Below are positions 41,317-50,157 of a stretch of DNA of 63,613 nucleotides, in pieces (position 1 is the stretch's first letter; every line of letters begins with the position of its first letter). The stretch comes from Candidatus Thermofontivivens primus (lineage in GTDB: Bacteria > Sysuimicrobiota > Sysuimicrobiia > Sysuimicrobiales > Thermofontiviventaceae): contig JAVKJW010000013.1 of NCBI GenBank assembly GCA_031458695.1, forward strand, positions 1 to 63,613, given 5' to 3'. The notes beneath the pieces were generated by a model that was given only the letters and a program-made list of their open reading frames with translations, was not told the DNA's origin and searched no databases. Position numbers and translations under genes: made by a program.

Positions 41317-43065
41317 TCAGAAATTATAGACCTCGTCGAGCACCTCCTCAGGGACGTCGAAGACGGTATTGTGCGGAGGCAACGGCTCGCGGGTCATGAA
41401 CTCAGGCAGCCGGTCATGGGCTTTGGTGAACCCCGCTGCCTCGTTGAACTGTCGCTCGGCCTTGAGGATCTGGAGTCCGAGCGGGAGGATATCGTTCACT
41501 GTCCAGTTGGTCCCGAGGACGCCGGCGCAACTCTCCACCATCCCCTCCAGTCCCTCTGGGATGTCGAGGACGGCGAAGGCATCAAACAGGCAGTAACCTG
41601 TGGAGTCGATGAACGCCGTGGAGGCTTGGAAGTTCCTGGAGAGCTCGGCTTTTTGAACGGCGAAGGGATCCGCCTTCCCGCCGACGCCAAGGATCTCGGG
41701 AGCGATGGTATACCCGGCGGTATGGTCGGCCCCCATTGTGGACGTGGCATACGTCACCCCGATGCCCTTCACAGCGCGAGGCTCGTAGGCCGGCATGTTC
41801 TGGCCCTTGACCGCGGGTACCCGCGTTACCCCAAATGCGCGTCCGGTGAACACCGCTCCATTGCCCAAGATACGCCCAAGAGGCGTGCCCTTCCGGATTT
41901 CCTCGTCCAGAAGCCTCTTTGCTTCTTTGGCGTCGCCAAAGGAAAGAAGACCTCCCTCCATCGCCACAGCGAGGGTCCCGCCCATCTCGATGGTGTCGAG
42001 GCCTATATCGTTGCAAAGCCAAATGAGGTCGGCGATGTCGTCGAGGTCGCCGATGCCGCAGTTGGCCCCGAGTGCCCACACAGACTCGTACTCCATGACG
42101 GAGACTTTGAACGTACCATCCGGGTTTGGCCAGCGGTCGGAGCACTGGATAATGCACCCAGGATGGCAGGGGTGTCCTGTCGCCCCCTCGCCATTGCGCT
42201 GTTTGATGATCTCCACCTTGGCCTCGCCACTGATCTTGTGCGTGAGCTCGAAGCGGCCGCTACTGAAATTCCGCGTGGGGTAACCCCCTGCCTCGTTCAT
42301 GATGTTGGCCAGGACGTTCGTCCCGTAGGTATTCAGGGCTCCTCCCTTCTTGGTCACATCGTGCTTCAGGGAGGCGTCAGTGAGCTTCTTGATCCCCCGT
42401 TCGAACAGCTCCTTGTTGACGATCTCTACCCCTGGCCCACCGGTGTCGTCGATGACAATGGCCTTGATCCCCTTGCTTCCCATCACCGCGCCCATCCCGC
42501 CGCGTCCCGCGTACCGGCCGGCGGTGTTCTCCTGGTCGTTGACGCAGATTCCAGCGGCGGTCATGCGCATCTCCCCCGCGGGCCCGATGCCAATGACCGC
42601 GACTTTCCCATGCTTCTCCCACAGGCGCTGGCAAACCTCGTACATCCCCTTTCCCACGAGGTCATCAGCGGGGAGGAACTCTGTCCCATCCTTGGTGATC
42701 TTGAGCACCCAGTATTTCGTGGGATCCTTCGGCTGCCCCTCGATGACAATGGCCTTGATCCCTAGCCTGGCGATCTTTTGGGAAGAGAGGCCACCGGCGT
42801 TGGTCTCCTTGATCGTTCCTGTCAACGGGCTCTTTCCTCCAAAGGACGTGCGACCAGAGGTCGGTGCAGCGGTCCCGCTGACGATCCCAGGAGCAATCAC
42901 CAGCTTGTTGGAAGGGCCAAGTGGGTGGCAGGTTGGTGGGACTTCCCGAGAAGTAATCATCGAGGTAAGGCCCCGTCCTCCCCAATAGCGGTAAACTTCG
43001 GGGACCTCCTCGTAGGTGGCCTTCAGATCCGTCATGTTCACGCGCAGGAGCTTCGCCATGGTCAA
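41317..43065 (-). CDS. aor: Aldehyde:ferredoxin oxidoreductase (tungsten AOR family)
   Basis: GGRGL, KSPLTG, AGRGGMGAVMGSK, CxxGCxxxC, EYES, GLDTI, GADHT. Confidence 0.93.
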   Translation of the reverse strand: MTMAKLLRVNMTDLKATYEEVPEVYRYWGGRGLTSMITSREVPPTCHPLGPSNKLVIAPGIVSGTAAPTSGRTSFGGKSPLTGTIKETNAGGLSSQKIARLGIKAIVIEGQPKDPTKYWVLKITKDGTEFLPADDLVGKGMYEVCQRLWEKHGKVAVIGIGPAGEMRMTAAGICVNDQENTAGRYAGRGGMGAVMGSKGIKAIVIDDTGGPGVEIVNKELFERGIKKLTDASLKHDVTKKGGALNTYGTNVLANIMNEAGGYPTRNFSSGRFELTHKISGEAKVEIIKQRNGEGATGHPCHPGCIIQCSDRWPNPDGTFKVSVMEYESVWALGANCGIGDLDDIADLIWLCNDIGLDTIEMGGTLAVAMEGGLLSFGDAKEAKRLLDEEIRKGTPLGRILGNGAVFTGRAFGVTRVPAVKGQNMPAYEPRAVKGIGVTYATSTMGADHTAGYTIAPEILGVGGKADPFAVQKAELSRNFQASTAFIDSTGYCLFDAFAVLDIPEGLEGMVESCAGVLGTNWTVNDILPLGLQILKAERQFNEAAGFTKAHDRLPEFMTREPLPPHNTVFDVPEEVLDEVYNF

Positions 43066-43152
43066 CGCCTCCTTCTCCTCGGGTTCCTTTAGTAGATCCT
43101 GCTTTTCCCTTTAGGGAAGTGCATTGACCTTCCCCTTTCACCTCCCTCCAAG

Positions 43153-43190
43153 AAAAATAACAAGGAGGCAACGAATTCCGCCGCCTCCTT
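43153..43190 (-). terminator. Intrinsic terminator overlapping the riboswitch P1 3' strand
   Basis: AAGGAGGCGGCG-GAATT-CGTTGCCTCCTT then GTTATTTTT. Confidence 0.7.
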
Positions 43191-43269
43191 TGCAAACCGG
43201 CAGGCGTGGAGATCGCTCGCCACGCCCTATCGCCCATCGCCCCACGAGGGGGATCAATGGATCGGAGGT
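43184..43269 (-). ncRNA. Moco/Tuco RNA motif (P3-less, tungsten-cofactor-type riboswitch candidate)
   Basis: CCUCCGA...AGGGCGUGG/CCACGCCU-GCCGGUUUGCAAAGGAGG resembles the Moco RNA consensus; P1, P2, P4 and P5 pair; upstream of aor. Confidence 0.72.
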
Positions 43270-43327
43270 TCAATACTAGTATATGCAATTTCGAGAGCGG
43301 TGAGAAGAGGGTATCTCGCCTCTCCCA

Positions 43328-43810
43328 TCAGGATTCAGGACGGATGTACTCTCCGCTCCTACCGCCGCGCTTTCGCATGAGGCGGATGTTCTGGATTACC
43401 ATCTCTTTGTCCACGGCCTTGCACATGTCGTAGATGGCCAAGCCAGCTGCAGCCACCGCGGTCAAGGCCTCCATCTCCACGCCCGTCCTGGCGACTGTTC
43501 GAACTGTGGCCTCGATCTCCACACGGCTCCCCTCCTCGTTAAGGTCGAAGCGAACCTCCACTGCCGTAATGGGAATCGGGTGAGCGAGGGGGATCAGATC
43601 CCCCGTCCGCTTGGCAGCCATGGTCGCAGCGATCCTGGCGACGGCGAGCACATCTCCCTTGGCGATCTGGTTGGCACGGATCAAGGCGAGGGTCTCAGGG
43701 CGCATGACCACTTCCCCTCTGGCCACAGCTTCCCGCAGGGTCTCCTCCTTCTGCGATACATCCACCATTTGCGCTCGACCACGTTCATCCACATGCGTGA
43801 GGCGCTCCAT
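43328..43810 (-). CDS. moaC: Cyclic pyranopterin monophosphate synthase MoaC
   Basis: [40 protein letters not shown]. Confidence 0.95.
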   Translation of the reverse strand: MERLTHVDERGRAQMVDVSQKEETLREAVARGEVVMRPETLALIRANQIAKGDVLAVARIAATMAAKRTGDLIPLAHPIPITAVEVRFDLNEEGSRVEIEATVRTVARTGVEMEALTAVAAAGLAIYDMCKAVDKEMVIQNIRLMRKRGGRSGEYIRPES

Positions 43811-43822
43811 GCTCCCTCCCCC

Positions 43823-45052
43823 TCAGTCAAACAACCGCACATCCACCTCGGTCCCCTCAGGTAGCACCGCGCCGCCCACGGGCACGACCACGATCCCGTC
43901 GGCTTTAACCATGGTGGTGATCACCCCGGACTTCCCAATGATGGGCACAGCCCAGAGCTGCCCGTTCCTTTCCTCCAGGGCAACCCGCACGTGCTCCTCC
44001 CGCTCCTTTGCCGGGCCCAGGCTCCGTGCGAGCTTCGCCCTCACCTCCTTACCGAAGCCTCTCCGAAGGGTCAACCCAAGCATTCCCTCGAGGAGCTCTC
44101 GGACAAAGACATCAAACACAACCATGGCTGAGACAGGATGGCCGGGGAGCCCAATGAGCGGTTTCCCCTCATGAATTGCCAGGATAGTCGGCTTCCCTGG
44201 TTTGATGGCTACCCCGTGGACGACAATTGTGGCGCCCAGTGCGGTGAACGCTTCCGCCACCACATCCCGCTCCCCCACCGAACTCCCCCCTGAAACCAGG
44301 ATCATGTCCGCAGTCCGGGAGGCTTGGCGGAGGACGTCAAGAAGCACCTCTCTCTCGTCAACCACGATCCCATAAGGATGAGCAACCGCTCCGAGCCCCC
44401 GGATCAACCCGGTGAGGGAGTAGGTATTCATATCCCGGATCTGGCCAGGTCGGGGGAAATGTTCCGGGGGAACGATCTCATCCCCCGTGACAATGACGGC
44501 AACCCGGGGGACAAGGTACACCTCTACCTCTGTTCTCCCGAGGCCGGCCAGCAAAGCGACCTCCTGCGGCCTTAAGCGGGTCCCGGCCCGCAGGACGACC
44601 TCGCCTTCCCTCACGTCTTCCCCTTTCCGGATGACGTTCTCCCAAACGGCAACAGGACGGGTGAGCTGAATTCTTCGGTCATCCAGGAGACGCACGTGCT
44701 CCTGCATGACCACAGCATCCGCACCGGATGGCAGGGCACCGCCTGTTGGAATCCGTGCAGCCTCCCTCGGACCAATAGAGAACACCGGGAGCTCTCCCAT
44801 GCGGACCTCCCCGGCGATGGTGAGGGCCTCGTTGAAGTCGGCGACGTCAGATGCCCGGATGGCGTACCCGTCCACCGTGGAGCGGTCGAAAGGTGGGAGA
44901 TTCATGTCGGCGATGATATCTCTCGCCAGCACACGACCGAACGCCTCCAGGAGGGGAACGACCTCGGTTCCCCGGGGGCGGGGTGTGAAAGCTTTCTGGA
45001 ACAACGCCTTAGCCTCTTCCGGACGGAGGAGATGGGTAAACTCTCTTGGCAT
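43823..45052 (-). CDS. moeA: Third MoeA paralog
   Basis: PPFDRSTVDGYA, TGDEI, SGGSSVG, KPGKP, GLPGHP. Confidence 0.92.
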   Translation of the reverse strand: MPREFTHLLRPEEAKALFQKAFTPRPRGTEVVPLLEAFGRVLARDIIADMNLPPFDRSTVDGYAIRASDVADFNEALTIAGEVRMGELPVFSIGPREAARIPTGGALPSGADAVVMQEHVRLLDDRRIQLTRPVAVWENVIRKGEDVREGEVVLRAGTRLRPQEVALLAGLGRTEVEVYLVPRVAVIVTGDEIVPPEHFPRPGQIRDMNTYSLTGLIRGLGAVAHPYGIVVDEREVLLDVLRQASRTADMILVSGGSSVGERDVVAEAFTALGATIVVHGVAIKPGKPTILAIHEGKPLIGLPGHPVSAMVVFDVFVRELLEGMLGLTLRRGFGKEVRAKLARSLGPAKEREEHVRVALEERNGQLWAVPIIGKSGVITTMVKADGIVVVPVGGAVLPEGTEVDVRLFD

Positions 45053-46229
45053 AGGCCTTCCCCACTTTCCTTGAGAACTCTAAGGTAGCTCCGGCAACAA
45101 GGGCGGTCATCATGTTCCCCGTGAGCAGGGCAACGAGCCCCATGGCCCCAGCCACCACCAAATCGAAGGGGAGGGAGAGGTCACGGACAAGGAGCGCATG
45201 CTGGATGCCCACGGCAGCAAGCAGCACCCCTAAAATGGGGAGCGGGAGAAGTGCGAGGATGCTAGTCGCCGCCTGCCCTAGCGTGAGGGCAAGTGCCACA
45301 AAAATTCCTCCGATGACCATGACCGCCGTCCCGGACCGGGCCCCGAAGACGTAATGTGCCGTGAGTCCGCCTGCCCCATGACAGACAGGCATCCCCAAAG
45401 TCACCCCTGCCGCTAGGTTACTCATGGCAAGGTCAAGGGTCAATGCCTTCGGGCTGACCCGGCGGGCTTGAGAGCCGAAATATTTGACCGCAGCATCGGC
45501 GCAGGCAACCACGGAGTTGGCCAGGGTGAGGGGGAGCTGAGGGACGACCAGGGTCACAAAAGCTATGGCCAGCTCCTGCGGTGCAGGCAGGAAAAACTGG
45601 AGCGGTACAGGTCCCAACGAAATCCGGGGAAATCCCTTCAACAGAAGTCCAATGACAACTCCCAGGAGAACAAGGGCCAGGCTAGCCGGAACCCTCCTGT
45701 TTCGCCAGAGGAGGACCAAGAGCACTGCGCCAGCGAGAGTGATCCCCAAAGGTGCCGGGATCTCCATGGATCCTATCCTGATCGCCTGTGGGCCGCTCCC
45801 GTAGAATACCTGCGGCCCACGGATCATTCGCAGGGCCGCTTTGAGGAGAACCAGGCCGATCCCCAGCTGGAGCCCCCGCACCAGTGGGCGAGTGAACCAT
45901 TTCACCAGCATCTCGGCAAGACCGCTAATCCCGACGATAGCTAAGCTAATACCCATCAGAATGCTTCCCGCGGAGATCACCTGAGGGGAGAGGGAAAGCG
46001 CGATGGCGATTGCTGAGAAAGCCTTCAGCGGCTGTACAGGGATAGGCAATCGATAGTAGATTCCACCCCATATGTAGAGCAGACCCGGGATCAGGAGGAC
46101 GGAGGTTGCGTTGAGGCCGTTGGCAGCGATCAAAGCCATCGCGAGGGGGACAAACGTCCCCAGGTCAGCGACTGCTCCTGCCAGCTCTCTCCTGTTCAGG
46201 GTACCCTTAAGGGAGAACAGGTTCATCAT
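45009..46229 (-). CDS. Putative molybdate/sulfate transporter (MOT1-like)
   Basis: ELAGAVADLGTFVP, PIPVQPLK, PQLPLTLANS, GMPVCHGAGGLTAHYVFGAR. Confidence 0.85.
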   Translation of the reverse strand: MMNLFSLKGTLNRRELAGAVADLGTFVPLAMALIAANGLNATSVLLIPGLLYIWGGIYYRLPIPVQPLKAFSAIAIALSLSPQVISAGSILMGISLAIVGISGLAEMLVKWFTRPLVRGLQLGIGLVLLKAALRMIRGPQVFYGSGPQAIRIGSMEIPAPLGITLAGAVLLVLLWRNRRVPASLALVLLGVVIGLLLKGFPRISLGPVPLQFFLPAPQELAIAFVTLVVPQLPLTLANSVVACADAAVKYFGSQARRVSPKALTLDLAMSNLAAGVTLGMPVCHGAGGLTAHYVFGARSGTAVMVIGGIFVALALTLGQAATSILALLPLPILGVLLAAVGIQHALLVRDLSLPFDLVVAGAMGLVALLTGNMMTALVAGATLEFSRKVGKAYAKRVYPSPPSGRG

Positions 46230-46364
46230 GATGGAACCCTCTACAGAACATTTTCCGCAATGACAAGTCTTAGTCCTTCGCGTCAACCTGAAAGTCCATC
46301 TCAGAAGCAGTCTCTATGATGCCAGGGGTCCCAAGAATTCGGGAAGCGAAATCTGAAAGGTGGG

Positions 46365-47243
46365 CTAGTGGCCGGTCTCCTGGTCCAGGATCCCGAGGGC
46401 ACGCGCGCGGAACTCTGCACAGGTGAAAGCGAATCCTGCACCGATGATCCATACTGCCACCAGCATGGCGAGTGTTCCCAGCACCCGGGCATCGCTCGCC
46501 CAGGGGAACGAGAGGAGTGCATGCTCTCCAAGGAGCCCACGCCGCATGGCCTCCAGCCACCACGTCAGCGGGATGCCCATCGAGAGCATCTGAAGACCTC
46601 TGGGCAGGACGGTGGTTGGGAAGATCACCCCGCAGAGGAGATACAGAGCGGCACCCACCGCCTCCGGGAGCCTCCACGCCTCTCGAGAGGTCCACGTGAG
46701 GGCGCTGGTAATCAGCAAGCCCATTGCCACGATCCCCGCGATCCCCAAGAGGAACGCGGGGAGAAGCACGAGCGGCCGTATTGTAGAGAAATAGAGGGGG
46801 ATTCCCAGGACCCAGCGGCCGAAGAGCAAGGTAATCGCCATCGCAGCCAGGGCAGATGTAGCTTGTGCGAGGGACCTGCCCACAAGATAGGCGCGGTAGG
46901 AAATCGGTGCCGAGTAGATGTATCGGAGGGTCTTCCAGTGTTCCCGATCCGCCAGGACACCCATGGCCATCCCTTGCATCGCCATGACCACGAACGGCCA
47001 GAACGCGGTTCCTGTCACAAAGAACCCCAACACAGGTCCCCGCGCACCACGGGCAACAACGAAGAACATGACCGCAAGGATGAGGACACCGCCCAAGGGA
47101 CGGATGACTGAGTAGATGAGGAAAAGAAGGGGATCTGTCCAGTTGCTCTCGATCTGCCATCCTAACCAGTAGGCCACGGCAAACGTCCGCCACAACCGCT
47201 GGAGGGATCTTTCCGAAGACACCCGGACCGCGCGCACGCCCAC
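46365..47243 (-). CDS. ABC-2 exporter permease
   Basis: ESNWTDP, DREHW, six TM segments. Confidence 0.82.
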   Translation of the reverse strand: MGVRAVRVSSERSLQRLWRTFAVAYWLGWQIESNWTDPLLFLIYSVIRPLGGVLILAVMFFVVARGARGPVLGFFVTGTAFWPFVVMAMQGMAMGVLADREHWKTLRYIYSAPISYRAYLVGRSLAQATSALAAMAITLLFGRWVLGIPLYFSTIRPLVLLPAFLLGIAGIVAMGLLITSALTWTSREAWRLPEAVGAALYLLCGVIFPTTVLPRGLQMLSMGIPLTWWLEAMRRGLLGEHALLSFPWASDARVLGTLAMLVAVWIIGAGFAFTCAEFRARALGILDQETGH

Positions 47244-47266
47244 GAAGTGGTCCTCCCTCGATGCAA

Positions 47267-47335
47267 CCCCAGCAAACTCTCTTATCGAGATTTTGCTAGG
47301 GACTCCGTTCTTTCAAGAGGAGCCCCCAGCAAAAG
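47267..47335. repeat. Dispersed palindromic repeat, copy B plus an extra half-site
   Basis: CCCCAGCAAACTCTCTTATCGAGATTTTGCTAGGG, then GGAGCCCCCAGCAAAA. Confidence 0.6.
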
Positions 47336-47360
47336 TCAAAAGACACTTTTGTCAGGATAC

Positions 47361-48179
47361 TTAGAACCTCAAACTCAAGCGCCCCTCACGCCTGGCGAGG
47401 TACTCCATCTTCTGCAACAGATGGCGGGCGAGAAGGATGAAGAGAATCGCCACGAACCCCAGGATCGCTAATTCTACTTCAACAGGAAGGAGAGCAGGGT
47501 GCATCCCTGCGAAGAGCAACTGCCGCATGGCGTCTAGGCCAAGCGTCAATGGGATGATGGACGCGCCCAGACCGACCCAGAATCCCAGTGCACGCACAGG
47601 GAAGTAAAAGCCCGAGGCCAGAAAGACGGGTTCCATGAACAGGTTTACAGTGTGCCACGCTTCCCTCCCCCAGAACAGGAAGAGGCTCGCAAAGACCACT
47701 CCCAAGCCGTAGAGGGCAATGATGGTGATGGTAAAGATCAGCAGGAACAAAGGGACCTGAGGAAGGGTGTAGGAGACGTGGAAGAGGAGCGAGCCGAGAG
47801 AGACAATGAGGATTGCCCGCAGAAGGGTCGCCACGAGCCCTCCCAGCGACATCCCTAGGAGGATGGGGGTGAGCCCGCAAGGCATCATCATATAAAGTTC
47901 CAGGTTTCCGCCCTGCTTCTCCCAGTAGAACTGTGCGGCCATGGACCACATCACGTTCATCCAGAAGGCTGTGGTCGCCCCGCCCATGATGACGTAGCCG
48001 ATAAACCGCTCCGGGGCGCCGAGAGCCTTGTACACATACACGAACGCGACGGTGCCAAGGAGCGGCAGGACCGTGTCATAGAACAACCAGGACTTGTCCC
48101 GGTTGCTCCCGATGATCCTGGGGTACGATCGTCCCACCATGGCCCGGAAGACCCGGGTGAGCTTCTTACCTGCCCTCAT
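47361..48179 (-). CDS. ABC-2 exporter permease
   Basis: WEKQGGNLE, SGFYFPV, PLTLGLDAMR. Confidence 0.85.
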   Translation of the reverse strand: MRAGKKLTRVFRAMVGRSYPRIIGSNRDKSWLFYDTVLPLLGTVAFVYVYKALGAPERFIGYVIMGGATTAFWMNVMWSMAAQFYWEKQGGNLELYMMMPCGLTPILLGMSLGGLVATLLRAILIVSLGSLLFHVSYTLPQVPLFLLIFTITIIALYGLGVVFASLFLFWGREAWHTVNLFMEPVFLASGFYFPVRALGFWVGLGASIIPLTLGLDAMRQLLFAGMHPALLPVEVELAILGFVAILFILLARHLLQKMEYLARREGRLSLRF

Positions 48180-49167
48180 CCGCCTCCTCCATGCGTCTTC
48201 CCACAAGTTGCATGAACACATCCTCAAGGCTCGGCTCGACCTTGGTGAGGGAGTAGATCTTCCGCTCGCGATCTGCGAGGGCCCTGACCACCTCCGCGAT
48301 GACGCCATCCTCGGCAACCTGCAGGCGGATCTCCGTGCGACCGTCCAGTACCCGGATATCCACCCTGCGAACGCCTGGGACTTCCTTGAGCCAACCATCT
48401 TCTGAGAGGCGCTCTGTGGTGAGCAGGAAGTAGCTGCCGCTTGCGGCACTCCGGCGGAGGGCAGCAGGGGAGTCGCAGGCAATGATCCGGCCCTTGTGAA
48501 TAATGGCGACGCGATCGCAAAGTTCTTCCGCCTCCTGCATATAGTGCGTCGTGAGGAGGATGGTACGGCCGGGTTTCTCCCGGATCCACTCCTTGATGTA
48601 CGCCCGGATGTCCCGTGCAGCGGAGACGTCCAGCCCCACTGTCGGCTCATCGAGGAAGAAGACCAGTGGATCAGAGAGGAGCCCTCGAACGAGGTTCATC
48701 TTCTGGCGCATCCCTGTGGAGAGATCGCTCACCCTACGGTTCCGCTCCTCGTAAAGGCCGACGATCTTCAGGAGCTCGTCGATCCGGGCAAGAGCCAGAC
48801 GCGTGGGCAAGCCGTAGAACTGGCTGAACATCCATAGCTGTTCGCGCACCGTCAGCAGGCCGTAACCCGAGTGCTCTCCGCCTGAGACCATGGAAATCAG
48901 CTCGCGCACCTGGTAGGCCTGCTGCACCACGTCCAGTCCAGCCACACGTGCGGTACCGGAGGTTGGTAAGAGCAGCGTCACCAGGATCTTGATCAGGGTG
49001 GTCTTACCTGCCCCGTTCGGACCGAGAAGCCCGAACAACTCCCCATAGGGGATCTCCACGTTCACCCCATCGAGAGCGATCACCTGGCGCTCCTGAGAGT
49101 CCTGAGAGGAGCGTTTCCTCCGGTAGATCCGCACAAGGTTTTTTGTCTCAACCGCGAGTTCCCCCAT
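48166..49167 (-). CDS. ABC exporter ATP-binding protein
   Basis: GPNGAGKTT, LSTGM, LDEPT, TTHYMQEA. Confidence 0.92.
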   Translation of the reverse strand: MGELAVETKNLVRIYRRKRSSQDSQERQVIALDGVNVEIPYGELFGLLGPNGAGKTTLIKILVTLLLPTSGTARVAGLDVVQQAYQVRELISMVSGGEHSGYGLLTVREQLWMFSQFYGLPTRLALARIDELLKIVGLYEERNRRVSDLSTGMRQKMNLVRGLLSDPLVFFLDEPTVGLDVSAARDIRAYIKEWIREKPGRTILLTTHYMQEAEELCDRVAIIHKGRIIACDSPAALRRSAASGSYFLLTTERLSEDGWLKEVPGVRRVDIRVLDGRTEIRLQVAEDGVIAEVVRALADRERKIYSLTKVEPSLEDVFMQLVGRRMEEADEGR

Positions 49168-49197
49168 CCCTTCAGGGGATTCGTCCCACAAATCCTT

Positions 49198-49404
49198 TCA
49201 CCTCCTGGAAATAACGGGAGGTGGGCCTTCCCCTTGAAGCCGCTTCCCCCAGGTCACAAGCATCTCCCCCAATCTCCAGCGCAAGGTGAGCTGGACCGTG
49301 CCCTTCTCACGTCCAAGTCGTTCCCTTGCGCTTTCTCGCAACAACTCTTCATGCCGCTGGCGCGCAAGCTCGTAGAGCAGGTGCTCGGGTAACACAGGTC
49401 TCAT
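49198..49404 (-). CDS. Small uncharacterised two-helix protein (68 aa)
   Basis: Strong SD GAGGAGG; ARQRHEELLRESARERL...RLGEMLVTWGKRL; first gene of the ABC operon. Confidence 0.65.
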   Translation of the reverse strand: MRPVLPEHLLYELARQRHEELLRESARERLGREKGTVQLTLRWRLGEMLVTWGKRLQGEGPPPVISRR

Positions 49405-49507
49405 CCGCGATCCCTCCTCGAGTTCCATCTCCATGGTGAAGGATCGCGAGTGACCCCGCACCGGCCGATCGCCCAGATCTTGGGCGCAGCGAAGGGGAAA
49501 AACCTTC

Positions 49508-49525
49508 CCTGCCTGTTTGGGCAGG
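49508..49525. promoter_or_regulatory. 18-bp palindromic operator CCTGCCTGTTTGGGCAGG
   Basis: Matches 51384-51401 at 14/18 positions; upstream of the small protein-ABC operon. Confidence 0.6.
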
Positions 49526-49533
49526 CGAGGCCT

Positions 49534-50157
49534 CTACAGAAGCCCCCGCTGGCTGGCCAAAGCTACAGCCTGTGCACGATTTCCTGCTCCGAGCTTATTG
49601 AAAATGGAGGTCACGTGGAACTTGACCGTCCGTTCGGTGATCTTCAGGGCACGGGCGATCTCCTTGTTGGAGAGTCCCTTTGCCACAAGGCGGAGGACTT
49701 CCCGTTCGCGCTGGCTCAACTCCAAAGATGACCGCTTCTGCGGGCTGACCCTCGCCAAAACCTTAGCAGCAACCCGTGGCTCCAAGATAGAACCTCCCTC
49801 GTGGACAAGGCGGATGGCCCTGGCGATCTCCTCCCCAGGAGCACCTTTCAGGAGATACCCCTTTGCTCCAGCCCCCAGGGCTCCGAAGATCCGCTCATCG
49901 GTGTCGTAGGCCGTGAAGATAATGATCTTTGTCGAGGGAGAGGCTTCCAGGATCTTTCCAACGACCTCCACACCCCCTATCCCCGGAAGCTCAAGGTCCA
50001 GAAGGACAATATCGGGGCGCTCTTGCCTGCTCAGGCGGACAGCCTCCTCCCCGGTGGAGGCTTCCCCCACGACCTCGAACACATCCCTGCCTTCGAGAAC
50101 AGCGATGAGGCCTTCGCGCACGATAGGATGATCGTCAACGATCAGTAGGCGGATCAT
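49534..50157 (-). CDS. NarL/LuxR family response regulator
   Basis: VDDHPIVREG, LLDL, LSQREREVL, TVKFHV. Confidence 0.93.
   Translation of the reverse strand: MIRLLIVDDHPIVREGLIAVLEGRDVFEVVGEASTGEEAVRLSRQERPDIVLLDLELPGIGGVEVVGKILEASPSTKIIIFTAYDTDERIFGALGAGAKGYLLKGAPGEEIARAIRLVHEGGSILEPRVAAKVLARVSPQKRSSLELSQREREVLRLVAKGLSNKEIARALKITERTVKFHVTSIFNKLGAGNRAQAVALASQRGLL

Noticed and set aside
46230..46364. Second Moco riboswitch upstream of the MOT1-like operon
   Set aside because: No CUCCGA...AGGG...GAAAGG pattern found by eye
47361..48650. 429-aa version of the ABC permease
   Set aside because: N-terminal extension overlaps the ATPase gene out of frame; ATG at 48179 follows GGAGGAGG
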